A stretch of 63,196 nt of DNA, filler included, from Octopus bimaculoides (taxonomy: Eukaryota), in the NCBI RefSeq assembly GCF_001194135.2. It is 3 parts of 3 records of this genome, joined end to end, with 100 filler letters (N's around TTAATTAATTAA, not from the genome) between each part and the next. Parts side by side here need not be neighbours in the genome. Positions count along the whole stretch, not along the records: positions 1 to 14,734 come from NC_069005.1; positions 14,835 to 41,087 come from NC_068988.1; 1 more part is not named here. One strand, written 5' to 3'. Both the position numbers and the translations under genes were made by a program. The first letter of the stretch is position 1; each line of letters begins with the position of its first letter. Below, piece after piece: positions 11,840-23,516 of this stretch. The notes beneath the pieces are model-generated. The model had not been told where the DNA came from. It did no database searches and worked only from the letters and a program-made list of their open reading frames with translations.

Positions 11840-12432
11840 GTATATATATATGTCTATATGCATATGTGTACGTGTATGTGTGTGTGTATTTATGTGTATA
11901 TATATATATGTCTGTGTGTGTATGTGTATATGTATGTATGTGCGTATATTTATGTATACATACACGTGTATACCTGTATGTACGAGTTCCTATACATATA
12001 TATATATGTATGTATTCGTCCATACGTGTGCGTATGTGCATGTATCTAGTTGTATGTATATACCCATATAGTTGGATGCGTGTGTGTGAGCGCGTATGTA
12101 TAAGTGCGTATATACACACACACACACATATGCATGTATGTATGTATTTGTGTATGTATATGTGCGTCTAAGCACGAATACAAACAAATTTTCGTCTAAG
12201 TATTATTTTCCTTTCAACTTCTACTTCCTTTTTTTCTCTCTTAACAGTTACAACTGCGATGGCTCATTACGTCATTTTCTCTAAACCAGAACATATAATT
12301 TTCATATTTGAATTTTTCGCATTTCAATTTTTCTGGGGTTTTTTCATTCCCAAAGTTGACGGGCATATAGCGGTACGTAAAACCGAATCAGAACATCTCT
12401 AGTGAGACCTTTTATTATTTTTTTTTATTTAT

Positions 12433-12482
12433 GTACTCGAAGAGACCCAGAACGGGTCGAAACATGTGTCGTACTAAATAAA
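12433..12482 (+). ncRNA. Degenerate hammerhead-like motif followed by AATAAA (PLE-type terminus)
   Basis: GTAC-TCGAAGA-GACCC-AGAAC-GGGTC-GAAAC-ATGT-GTC-GTAC. All three helices are formable but the core reads TCGAAGA instead of CTGAAGA. AATAAA at 12477-12482. Confidence 0.65.
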
Positions 12483-13903
12483 ACCGTTTCTTCTATCTAT
12501 TTTATTAATACTGTTACCTCAACCGCCACTACGAAGTTCCTGCANNNNNNNNNNTTATAATTTTCTATAAGATTAGTATTACATTTCTTTTTAATAATAT
12601 TGTTTAATATTTTTTTATCTTGATATAATAAGTATTTTTATATATATTCATTTGTTATTTATTGTTGGTTGATATATACATTTATTTTATTATTATTTTT
12701 GTTGTATTTTGACCTGAAGTTTAGCTATATTTTTGAATAGAATTGATTTTCGATCGATTTAATCGATTTGATTATATTTTATTTTCTATTTGAAAATTTG
12801 GTTATGAAACACATGTAGTCGTTTTATTATTATTATTTTATGATTTTTACTTTGTATTTTATTATACTTCTTTTTAGTGTATTTACTTATTAATTTTTCT
12901 ATATGTGACTGTGGATTTTCATGGATGAGTTCATGAACTTTGGTTCTTTTCTCTAAATTATATATATAAATATAATATAATATAATATAATATAATAAGT
13001 TAGCATACAAAATATTTTATTGCAAATTAACATCTAATCTCCTCTNNNNNNNNNNNNNNNNNNNNNNNNNNNNNNNNNNNNNNNNNNNNNNNNNNNNNNN
13101 NNNNNNNNNNNNNNNNNNNNNNNNNNNNNNNNNNNNNNNNNNNNNNNNNNNNNNNNNNNNNNNNNNNNNNNNNNNNNNNNNNNNNNNNNNNNNNNNNNNN
13201 NNNNNNNNNNNNNNNNNNNNNNNNNNNNNNNNNNNNNNNNNNNNNNNNNNNNNNNNNNNNNNNNNNNNNNNNNNNNNNNNNNNNNNNNNNNNNNNNNNNN
13301 NNNNNNNNNNNNNNNNNNNNNNNNNNNNNNNNNNNNNNNNNNNNNNNNNNNNNNNNNNNNNNNNNNNNNNNNNNNNNNNNNNNNNNNNNNNNNNNNNNNN
13401 NNNNNNNNNNNNNNNNNNNNNNNNNNNNNNNNNNNNNNNNNNNNNNNNNNNNNNNNNNNNNNNNNNNNNNNNNNNNNNNNNNNNNNNNNNNNNNNNNNNN
13501 NNNNNNNNNNNNNNNNNNNNNNNNNNNNNNNNNNNNNNNNNNNNNNNNNNNNNNNNNNNNNNNNNNNNNNNNNNNNNNNNNNNNNNNNNNNNNNNNNNNN
13601 NNNNNNNNNNNNNNNNNNNNNNNNNNNNNNNNNNNNNNNNNNNNNNNNNNNNNNNNNNNNNNNNNNNNNNNNNNNNNNNNNNNNNNNNNNNNNNNNNNNN
13701 NNNNNNNNNNNNNNNNNNNNNNNNNNNNNNNNNNNNNNNNNNNNNNNNNNNNNNNNNNNNNNNNNNNNNNNNNNNNNNNNNNNNNNNNNNNNNNNNNNNN
13801 NNNNNNNNNNNNNNNNNNNNNNNNNNNNNNNNNNNNNNNNNNNNNNNNNNNNNNNNNNNNNAACGCCAAGCCGTTAACGGAACTGAGAACAGTGAAGAAG
13901 TCA

Positions 13904-14020
13904 ATAATGAAAAATATTTCAATACAAATGTATTAATACAAATGTATCAATTTCCAGCAAAAATTGCTGGAAATTGATACATTTGTATTAATACATTTGT
14001 ATTGAAATATTTTTCATTAT
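13904..14020. repeat. Perfect palindrome with 57-bp arms and a 3-nt loop
   Basis: 13904-13960 is the exact reverse complement of 13964-14020, checked base by base. Confidence 0.95.
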
Positions 14021-14644
14021 ATATATATATATAATATATGTGTGTGTATATATATATATATATATAATGCGAGAGAGTTAGGGGTTGAGGGTTCAACCCA
14101 CTAAGGGATAGTATCTATCCAATATACTGCTGGGAGGGTACCCAATTATTACTACACTAGTGTTATACCAAGTGCAATAAATGTGAGCGGGTAAAAGGGG
14201 GGGGTACCCAATTTTTGCTACACTAGTGTTACACACACACACACATACACATAAATATAAAAACGTACCTCTAGCTCTTAATGCCGTGTGTGTGTATATA
14301 ATATGTTAATTCTTTAAAATTATTTTTATTTTTAATTTAACTTCCACATGCTTTCACGCATTCATGTACATTACACTCCCCACATACTACATCCATATCT
14401 ATCGCACACGCACGCATGCACGCATGCACGCGCGCACAAACATACACACACACACATACACACACAAACACACACACATACGTTTCCATATCCTAGCATA
14501 CACAAAAACTCGTCACCCACTCTAACACACGCACATACACGCATACGCACACATACATACACCCACACATATAAACCTCACCCCTCACACGCATACGCAA
14601 ACATACATATTCTTTTCCTTCTTTCCGGACATTTTCCTCTTTCC

Positions 14645-14720
14645 TCTTTCTGACGAAGAGCCATGCTTGAAACGTCGCACTCTCTCTTTTTTCCATCTTA
14701 AACTGAGCATCAACATAATA
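14645..14720 (+). ncRNA. Hammerhead-like core in a PLE terminal-repeat remnant
   Basis: CTGACGA-A-GAGC-CAT-GCTT-GAAAC-GTC, with helix I not formable. The downstream GAGCATCAA..TAATAC is shared with 33185-33260. Confidence 0.55.
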
Positions 14721-14778
14721 CATGTATACGTATANNNNNNNNNNNNNNNNNNNNNNNNNNNNNNNNNNNNNNNNNNNN

Positions 14779-14790
14779 TTAATTAATTAA
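14779..14790. other. Artificial scaffolding spacer TTAATTAATTAA within a 100-nt gap
   Basis: 44 N + 12 nt + 44 N, with an identical layout at 41088-41187. Confidence 0.9.
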
Positions 14791-14834
14791 NNNNNNNNNN
14801 NNNNNNNNNNNNNNNNNNNNNNNNNNNNNNNNNN

Positions 14835-15075
14835 GTTGTTTTCACTGTCCATTTTTTCCTGTCTTGGTTTGTGTTTGCCACCTTGGAATCCTCTGTGTAG
14901 TGGGTTGATCCACTACTCAGGAAGAGACTATTCTAGAGTACGTTCTGTCTTGTCTTCGAAACGTCTAGATAGAATAGAGACAGCTGATGAAGGGATATTC
15001 CAAGTGGCTTTCCGTTTTCCTATGTGTTCGTTCCGTTGTCTGTAGTTTATTGTTCTAACGTCCTGTACCCTGATA
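14835..15075 (+). mobile_element. PLE terminal-repeat-like fragment with a degenerate hammerhead (14913-14968)
   Basis: CTA-CTCAGGA-AGAGAC...GTCTTC-GAAAC-GTC-TAG has one core substitution (G5>C) and a CTA/TAG helix I. Confidence 0.5.
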
Positions 15076-15150
15076 TGCATGTATATACACATGTAGATGT
15101 AAGTATGTACATATATGTGTGTATACATGTATATATATTCTTTGTATTAC

Positions 15151-15217
<67 letters not shown>

Positions 15218-15267
15218 GATACATACATATGTGTGTGTATACACATACATACATGTGTGGGTGTGTG

Positions 15268-15532
15268 AAAGTGCGTTGCTTACTGGTCAGGATCGCGCAC
15301 TCGCCATCGCGAGATTGTGAGTTCGATTTCCAAAGCGAGCGACTCGTGTTCTTGAGCAAGACACTCCATTTCGTGTTGATCCATCCTGACTTTCCATCAG
15401 AAGGGGATTATTGGCGTCCTCACCTAACCAGCGAAGATGAGTCATTCGAATGCTAAAACGTGTAAGGTGCCTAGTGATCAGTAGGGATGTGTAACAACAT
15501 CTGATTGTCTGGTGGGTCAGTGATCACGTGAC

Positions 15533-15535
<3 letters not shown>
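15268..15535 (+). mobile_element. Diverged tRNA-derived SINE
   Basis: B-box-like GAGTTCGATTTCC followed by GTGTTCTTGAGCAAGACACT, a core shared with other SINEs in the window. Confidence 0.65.
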
Positions 15536-15582
<47 letters not shown>

Positions 15583-15600
15583 CTTCTCTCTCTCTATATA

Positions 15601-15638
<38 letters not shown>

Positions 15639-15665
15639 TAGATGATAAGTAAATATTCAAATGAA

Positions 15666-16176
15666 TGTGGAGGCGCAACGGCCCAATGGTTAGGGCAGCG
15701 AATTCGTGGTCGTAGGTTCGCGATTTCAATTCCCAGACCGGGCATTGTGAGTATTTATTGAGCGAAAGCATCTAAAGCTCCACGAGACTTAGGTAGGGGT
15801 GGTGGTGAACCCTGCTGTACTCTTTCACCACAACTTTCTATCACACTTTCTTCCTGTTTCTGCTGTACATGTATTTCAGAGAACCAGCCTTGTCACACTC
15901 TGTGTCATGCTGAATCTCCCAGAGAACTACGTTAAGGGTACACGTGTCTGTGGAGTGCTCAGCCACTTGCACGTTAATAAATGAGCTGCGACGTCACTGG
16001 TGTTAAGCTGTATCGGCCTTTGCCTTTCCCTTGGATAACATCGGGGGCGTGGAGAGGAGAGGCCGGTATGTATGAGTGATTGCTGGTCTTCCATAAACAA
16101 CCTTGCCCAAACTTGTGCGTCGGAGGGTAAGTTTCTAGGTGCAATCGCATGGTCATTCATGACCGAAGGGGGTCAC
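15666..16176 (+). mobile_element. SINE family A copy (15666-15977) fused to a different tail (15980-16176)
   Basis: Collinear with 5926-6240 up to GCACGTTAAT, then switches to ATGAGCTGCGACGTCACTGG...CATGACCGAAGGGGGTC. Confidence 0.8.
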
Positions 16177-16219
16177 AGCAACAATTCAAATGAATATTCA
16201 TATAGATATCATTATTATT

Positions 16220-16531
16220 CAGTTCTATATTTAAGAGATGAAGAATTATGTACATTATTTACATTATTTAGAATTGACGGATATTTGTCCATATCTTGTT
16301 ATTAACACAACTTTTCGGCTGATGCCAGCCTTCATCAGGTGTCTTGGGGAAATTTCGAAATTGGAGTCTCATTCCTAATGCATTTTTCGATGTTGTTGTT
16401 GTTATTATTATTATTATTATTATTATCTTTATTATTATTATTATTATTATTATTCAAGTCACTGATTGGAATCGAAATCGGAATCATGGTGTTAGTAGCC
16501 CACGCTCTTAACCACTACGCCATATGCCCAC
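16220..16531 (-). mobile_element. tRNA-head / (AAT)n / hammerhead composite element, copy 1
   Basis: Minus strand: GTGGGCATATGGCGTAGTGGTTAAGAGCGTGGGCTACTAAC...TTTCGATTCC, then (AAT)n, then GACAC-CTGATGA-A-GGCTG-GCAT-CAGCC-GAAAAGTT-GTGTT, then an AAATAATGT-type tail. Homologous to 46925-47226. Confidence 0.8.
16304..16343 (-). ncRNA. Minimal type I hammerhead (one helix III mismatch)
   Basis: Helix I GACAC/GTGTT, CUGAUGA plus an extra A, helix II GGCTG/CAGCC, then GAAA-AG-TT. The copy at 47151 has the intact GAAACGTT. Confidence 0.75.
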
Positions 16532-16627
16532 AAACATATGTCGTAGTGGTTAAGAGCACTAGGCTGCTAATATGTGTGGGTGTGCGTGAGTGTGCATGTG
16601 TGTGTGTGTGTCTGTGTGTGGTGTGTG

Positions 16628-16850
16628 TGTGTTTGTCCCCACCACTTGATTATTGGTGTTGGTGTGTTTACGTCCCTGTAAACTTGCAGTTCGGCGAAAG
16701 AAACCGATAGATTAAGTACTAAGCCTAAGTAGTAAGTCTTAGCGTCGATTGTTGGACTAAGAAGACCCTTAAAAGCGATGCTCCCGCATGGCCGCAGAGA
16801 AATGACTGTAACAAGTAAAATAATAAAAGAATAAAAGAACATATATACAT
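16628..16850 (+). mobile_element. SINE family B tail
   Basis: GTTTGTCCCC...GTGTTTACGTCCC...GCATGGCCGCAG...ACAAGTAAAA matches 9331-9539. Confidence 0.75.
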
Positions 16851-17109
16851 TCGCGTATAATCGTACACACACGTTTTAGCCAGTATTACACGTTTTAGCC
16901 AGCCGAGTGTGGGATGCAGCAATGTGAAGTGAAATGTTTGCTCAGCAACGCAAAGTATTGGGCGGTTCACATAATGAAACCATAATCTTACGATTATGAT
17001 TGCATAACCACTAAGCAACGTACCCTCAGATCTATATACTTACGCATACATCCATCCATCCATACATACATACATACATATATACATACATACATACATA
17101 TATATATAA

Positions 17110-17140
<31 letters not shown>

Positions 17141-17856
17141 NNNNNNNNNNNNNNNNNNNNNNNNNNNNNNNNNNNNNNNNNNNNNNNNNNNNNNNNNNNN
17201 NNNNNNNNNNNNNNNNNNNNNNNNNNNNNNNNNNNNNNNNNNNNNNNNNNNNNNNNNNNNNNNNNNNNNNNNNNNNNNNNNNNNNNNNNNNNNNNNNNNN
17301 NNNNNNNNNNNNNNNNNNNNNNNNNNNNNNNNNNNNNNNNNNNNNNNNNNNNNNNNNNNNNNNNNNNNNNNNNNNNNNNNNNNNNNNNNNNNNNNNNNNN
17401 NNNNNNNNNNNNNNNNNNNNNNNNNNNNNNNNNNNNNNNNNNNNNNNNNNNNNNNNNNNNNNNNNNNNNNNNNNNNNNNNNNNNNNNNNNNNNNNNNNNN
17501 NNNNNNNNNNNNNNNNNNNNNNNNNNNNNNNNNNNNNNNNNNNNNNNNNNNNNNNNNNNNNNNNNNNNNNNNNNNNNNNNNNNNNNNNNNNNNNNNNNNN
17601 NNNNNNNNNNNNNNNNNNNNNNNNNNNNNNNNNNNNNNNNNNNNNNNNNNNNNNNNNNNNNNNNNNNNNNNNNNNNNNNNNNNNNNNNNNNNNNNNNNNN
17701 NNNNNNNNNNNNNNNNNNNNNNNNNNNNNNNNNNNNNNNNNNNNNNNNNNNNNNNNNNNNNNNNNNNNNNNNNNNNNNNNNNNNNNNNNNNNNNNNNNNN
17801 NNNNNNNNNNNNNNNNNNNNNNNNNNNNNNNNNNNNNNNNNNNNNNNNNNNNNNNN

Positions 17857-17899
<43 letters not shown>

Positions 17900-17936
17900 G
17901 CATGTATATATGCGTATGTATATATGTATACATGTA

Positions 17937-17967
<31 letters not shown>

Positions 17968-18475
17968 ATATGAAGCAGTGTTCAGTCATATAACGCATTT
18001 GCTCACAGCGCATGTCTGCTCTTGGCAACACTGACCACCATCGACAACTAAGTAAAGATGTTGATAAAGTGCTATTTCATGGAATTCTGACAGGAAACCG
18101 AGGGAAAAGTAAGTGATTTATGACAATCTGTTTCCTCTTCATTCATTTTCCCTTGTTTCTCGACTGAAATGAAAATATGATCGCCAGCAGTCTAAATCTC
18201 TGAAAGAGATAAAAGATTTCATGGTCAATTAAACATATGTGTATAATTACGGGTGTAGAAATGCAGATGCATCGAGTTAAATGGTTTTTGGCAGTCTCTG
18301 CAATCGCACGCTTTATTAATTACTGAATACATAAACGAATATAAATATAAACTTGCATAGATACATGCATACTCAACCAGACATTGATGTTCACAGACAA
18401 ATATTTATACCTATACATATATACTTACTGAATATCTGCGAGTGTTCGTGTATGTGTGTTCGTGAAATTATATAA

Positions 18476-18560
<85 letters not shown>

Positions 18561-19294
18561 CTTTGGCTGGCTAGCTGGTAGCCCGTCTGCTTGCCTGCCT
18601 GCCTGTCTGTCTGGCTATGTAGCTAGGACTCTCTCCGTTTCAATCTCTGCATGCATATTATTTTTATTTTTCTAATATTATTCTACATGTTTCAGCCTAT
18701 ATGTCACGGTCATGCTGTGGATATAGCTTGTATAATCACATTTTCAATGACTATTCCTATGTGAAGGGATTTTAGTGTAGGAGGGTGTTTGTTATTCCTG
18801 CCCTCGTTTGAATTTCTTGCCGCGATTCTGGCTCGTATATATATAAATATATATATAGAGAGAGAGAGAGGGAGGGGGGAGAGAGATAAGGACATTTACA
18901 TACATACACTTATCCTTATGTATATATATGTGTATGCATGCATGTGTGCCTGTGCGCGTGTGTCTGTGTATGTGGTGTGTCTGTGTTTTAATTACATACA
19001 TAAGCGTATAAAATCTAATTATTTTAGGCCTATACACTGCACATAATGTAGGTAAACTTACTGACAAAATTTCAATGTTGATGAAGTATCTTTCAATATT
19101 TTCTGATATTCATTTCAAGTTACTAAGTTGAATCTATTTTAGTTTTCGAATGTTTATCATTCATAGATTTGACAACATAATAACTTGTCTATGAAGAGAA
19201 ACGTATGCATATACATATATAAATATAAACAATTCATGTATCTATATATTTATATGTGCTTGTGTGTCTGTAGATTTGTGTGCATGCATGCCTG

Positions 19295-19335
<41 letters not shown>

Positions 19336-21683
19336 AAATGCATATTCTTATATCTGTGTAACCATGTCTTTCAAGTGTTTTGATGCTTTTTTGTTTTTGT
19401 TTTCGTTTCCTACATAAAGTATGGCATTACATATCGTTTGTTGTATTCGTAGTTTGTGTCTGACACCCCGCTTCAATGAAAGATAATACCTTGCCAACAT
19501 TTGCTGCCATAAAATAAAACAGGAAAATATTGGCTGTCAACTTTCATGACAAGCAGTATTGACCAATCTGGATGCTAAGCTAGAACAAAGGAGGACAGGT
19601 ATTATAACATAAACCCAGACAGCTTTTGATCACGTGTTTTATCGGTGAGATGACACACTAGTACAAGCAAATAAAATAAGTATAGATGTGAATATAAACA
19701 ATAAAAATAAGTATAAATAATAATAAGTATATAGTAAATATGTAGATATATAACGAATAATCTATAAGGGAAGAAGAAAATTGTTGTGAAAAGGAAAAAA
19801 AGAAACGTCATTATCATGAACGAAAATGTCGATAGAGGGATGATTATCCGTTTTATGAAAACTTGCGTACATTTACTTCTGTAGATATTGTATAGAGTTC
19901 TGTTAACTATAACTTTATATATTTTCCAAGATGACATGTAGCGCCAAAATTGATGGAGATAAATTCATCATAGATATGTAATCATACTACATCTAGACAA
20001 GATATTTCTTATGCCAAACGAATCAAATAGATATCGTTACAGTTACAAAACAATAATTATAACTAAGATGTCACTCTACCATCAAGAAATGAAACTAAAT
20101 ATCAGTAATGAAAAAAGAAAAAAAAGTGAAATAAGATGATCGTTGCAGCTTGTTGATCGATACAATGTTACATTGATCGCTGAACAATTTATAATTCCTA
20201 GTTTTCCATTGCCAAGCACTGCATTATTATCCAATATAATTGTTCCTTGCTGGTCTAGATTTCAGGAGAAGCACTATGTAAATGATAACAATCTCTTTAA
20301 CTTATAATATAGGAATATTATATATGTAACCTTTCATGTGTATCGTTATACAGTGGATCTTTTGTGAAAATATATACCCTTAAATTTCTCAGCATTTTAA
20401 AATGATATTTATTGTATAAATATATTTATGTGTATCGATAATCAGATTCTTCATATTTATTTAATAAATACTTTCAGCAAGCAGTATCTATACTATATGT
20501 CTTAAGGAGTTCAGACTCAATGTAGCTTATTTTAAAATGAAGTTTGTCATAATAATTCGCGGCAAGCTTTCAACAAATTTCAGGTGGAAACATATTTAGC
20601 ATTTTATGAAAATAAAACCTGATATGTCAGGCAGAATTCCGTCAGAAAGATTGTATTGACAGGTATGTTCAAGCTGATGCAAGAAGGAAGATACTTTTGT
20701 TGAAAACAAATTCCTTGTGATGTAGAACACCTTTCACGAGTTGTCAAAGACAATGATTTACCAAAGAATCTCAAATCAGTTCAACATATTCTTCATATCT
20801 TTCTTCAAACTGCAGCAGAGAACATTGAGCTGGTGAAATATTAAGTTCTCCGAGATAGTAACATTTTGAAAGATATTATCATTCTCATTGTAAAGTTTAA
20901 CAAAAGTGCTTCTTTTCCGTAAAAGTGAGACAGTCAAGCATATAGGTGTATGTATGGTTGCGTTGAAGATAGGTTCTATAGGAAAATGCATAGTCGAGGT
21001 CCGATACCACGGCACGACAATATGATTTGGACATACACCTTCTGCTGCACTTTCAGTACAAACACTAATGTTTTGTGAGAAGAAATGTATGCGTATATGT
21101 TTGTAAACACATACATAAACATGTACGTATATATGTATATACACCATAAGACAGATATATTTTCCACGGTAACTGCAGTGTATTTGCGTTTTAGCAGTTA
21201 AAATATGTCACAAATATATTTCAAGCAAACCTAAATTCTGCATATATATANNNNNNNNNNNNNNNNNNNNNNNNNNNNNNNNNNNNNNNNNNNNNNNNNN
21301 NNNNNNNNNNNNNNNNNNNNNNNNNNNNNNNNNNNNNNNNNNNNNNNNNNNNNNNNNNNNNNNNNNNNNNNNNNNNNNNNNNNNNNNNNNNNNNNNNNNN
21401 NNNNNNNNNNNNNNNNNNNNNNNNNNNNNNNNNNNNNNNNNNNNNNNNNNNNNNNNNNNNNNNNNNNNNNNNNNNNNNNNNNNNNNNNNNNNNNNNNNNN
21501 NNNNNNNNNNNNNNNNNNNNNNNNNNNNNNNNNNNNNNNNNNNNNNNNNNNNNNNNNNNNNNNNNNNNNNNNNNNNNNNNNNNNNNNNNNNNNNNNNNNN
21601 NNNNNNNNNNNNNNNNNNNNNNNNNNNNNNNNNNNNNNNNNNNNNNNNNNNNNNNNNNNNNNNNNNNNNNNNNNNNNNNNNNN

Positions 21684-21761
<78 letters not shown>

Positions 21762-22004
21762 AAAATGTGTGTGCGTCAGTGTGTCTGCGTGTCTGTCTGT
21801 CTGCCTATATAGGAAGAAAAATTACAGCGTGGATATAAAAAGTAAAAGCTCACAACAATGACAATGGAATTGGTCCTGAGTCTCTAGCGGCCCTCCGAAG
21901 AGACCTGAGGTCCCCTTTTCAACATGCAAAAAATTGCATTTCAAAAATAAATGAAGCGTCTAATAGATTTGATTGTTATCGAATTAGCATACCACATTTT
22001 TTAT

Positions 22005-22520
22005 CTGTTTCTGCTCAAAGCTCTGGCCATACTGGGACACCGCTGTAGGCTGTTAGGCTGTAATCATTGAGAGCTTCCACTGATATGTGGCATTCGGTGA
22101 ATAGGGGAGCTTGATGTCGCTGCACTTATTTGCGCCTCCTCCCGCAAGGTAGGTTCATCTGGGACAGTCGACAGGAAGATATCCAGTTTTGTTTTGAGAA
22201 CACCTACGTCCACTTTGTGTTGGTCCCCCAGACTCTTTGGAAGAATATTAAAAAGCTGTAGGCCCTTGAAACCTAGGCTGTTGCAATAACTGGTCCGGAA
22301 GCGGGATGGCATCGTTGGGATGTTTGGCACTGTTTAGTATTGACCCGTTCTGGCATTTGTGTAACTTTCAAGGCAAAACTTTTGCACAATCTATTCCAGG
22401 ATCTTTCAGATGAATATTACCGCATATCTCTCCCGCCTTCGCTCCAGGGATTAGAATCTCAGCTGCTTCAACTTTTCTCAATAGCTGAGCTGTTGCAATG
22501 AGACGGTCATCTTTTTGAAG
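22005..22520 (-). mobile_element. CR1/L2-like LINE 3' fragment (post-RT C-terminus)
   Basis: SLERRRERYAVIFI*KILE...ESYTNARTG...NSLGFKGLQLFNILPKSL...KTKLDIFLSTVPDEP, with stops. Confidence 0.8.
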
Positions 22521-22769
22521 CTTCGCTGGATTGCTTCAAGGTAATTTTACACTGAGGGGTGACTACTGTTGGGAACAATTGTCCAGGTGTCTCAGGACGA
22601 ATGTCCTCCAGAAGACCATCATGGTTTCTTTCTCTCTGGTTTTGAAGGTTCTCAAGATGCACTCTAATCAGGCTTCTGCGCAACCTTTCTCAAGCAACGT
22701 TGTGCAATGGCATAAGACTCGTTGTCAAGAAATTAATGAGAAATGTCATACAAACAACAATGAGTTCTA

Positions 22770-23477
22770 GCTGTTGAAAAAGCGAAAATGTTTTTATTCC
22801 TCGCTTACCTTTAATACCCTCCAATATGCCCTTCGAGTTCAAATGACTTCAATTTCCAGTGCGTCTCTCTTTTGCGATATCCATTCATAAATCCCAAGGT
22901 CAGACTTTGAAAGTTACTGGTTTGCAATTAGAAGAGAACTGTTTCTCACACGGTCAGTTACATGTTGGGATATCCAGAGTGGAGAGCAATGACAATTTTT
23001 CATTTTTGCTCCTACTAGTGGAACACGAAACATGGTCTATAAGGAAGTTTTTTCCATGGGATCAACAAACTAAAATTTGGAGAATAATTGATAACTCTGA
23101 ACTGATATTATCAACGTCACACTATATTCGTCTAAGAAAAGCTATTTGTTTTATTGTTTGGTGTTATGCTTAAGCTCAATAAATTATAGTAAATATGTTT
23201 TTAGTTTTTCCAGATGATTCATTTATTTATCATGTACTAGACATAAGCCAAAGTATGTGCGATGTTTGCTTCAATTATAAACTGAAATACTATTGATCAG
23301 AGGTTTATATGCACACATGATAATATTGGCCACAAGAAAACAGCTCTATCGTCTACATGAAAGTTAACAACCATTTCTTATATATGTTCAATACAAGCTA
23401 AGTGAATAACTTTTAATATTCATAGTACAATTTTAACTGCTTCTTGCAACCCAGTCATTGACGGGCGTTTCTGCTAG
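22770..23477 (+). mobile_element. Helitron 3' end: PIF1-like helicase C-terminus and terminal hairpin-CTAG
   Basis: ENVFIPRLPLIPSNMPFEFK*LQFPVRLSFAISIHKSQGQTLKVTGLQLEENCFSHGQLHVGISRV...TRNMVYKEV. Imperfect hairpin CCCAGTCATTGACGGG at 23450-23465, then CTAG at 23474-23477 followed by T. Confidence 0.9.

Positions 23478-23516
<39 letters not shown>

Noticed and set aside
20776-21147. ABC-transporter-like words (PIEPIFNATI, NIFQNVTISENLIF) in a minus-strand ORF
   Set aside because: There is no Walker A/B or signature motif, the matches are redundant and short, and the ORF starts in a microsatellite. Likely chance.
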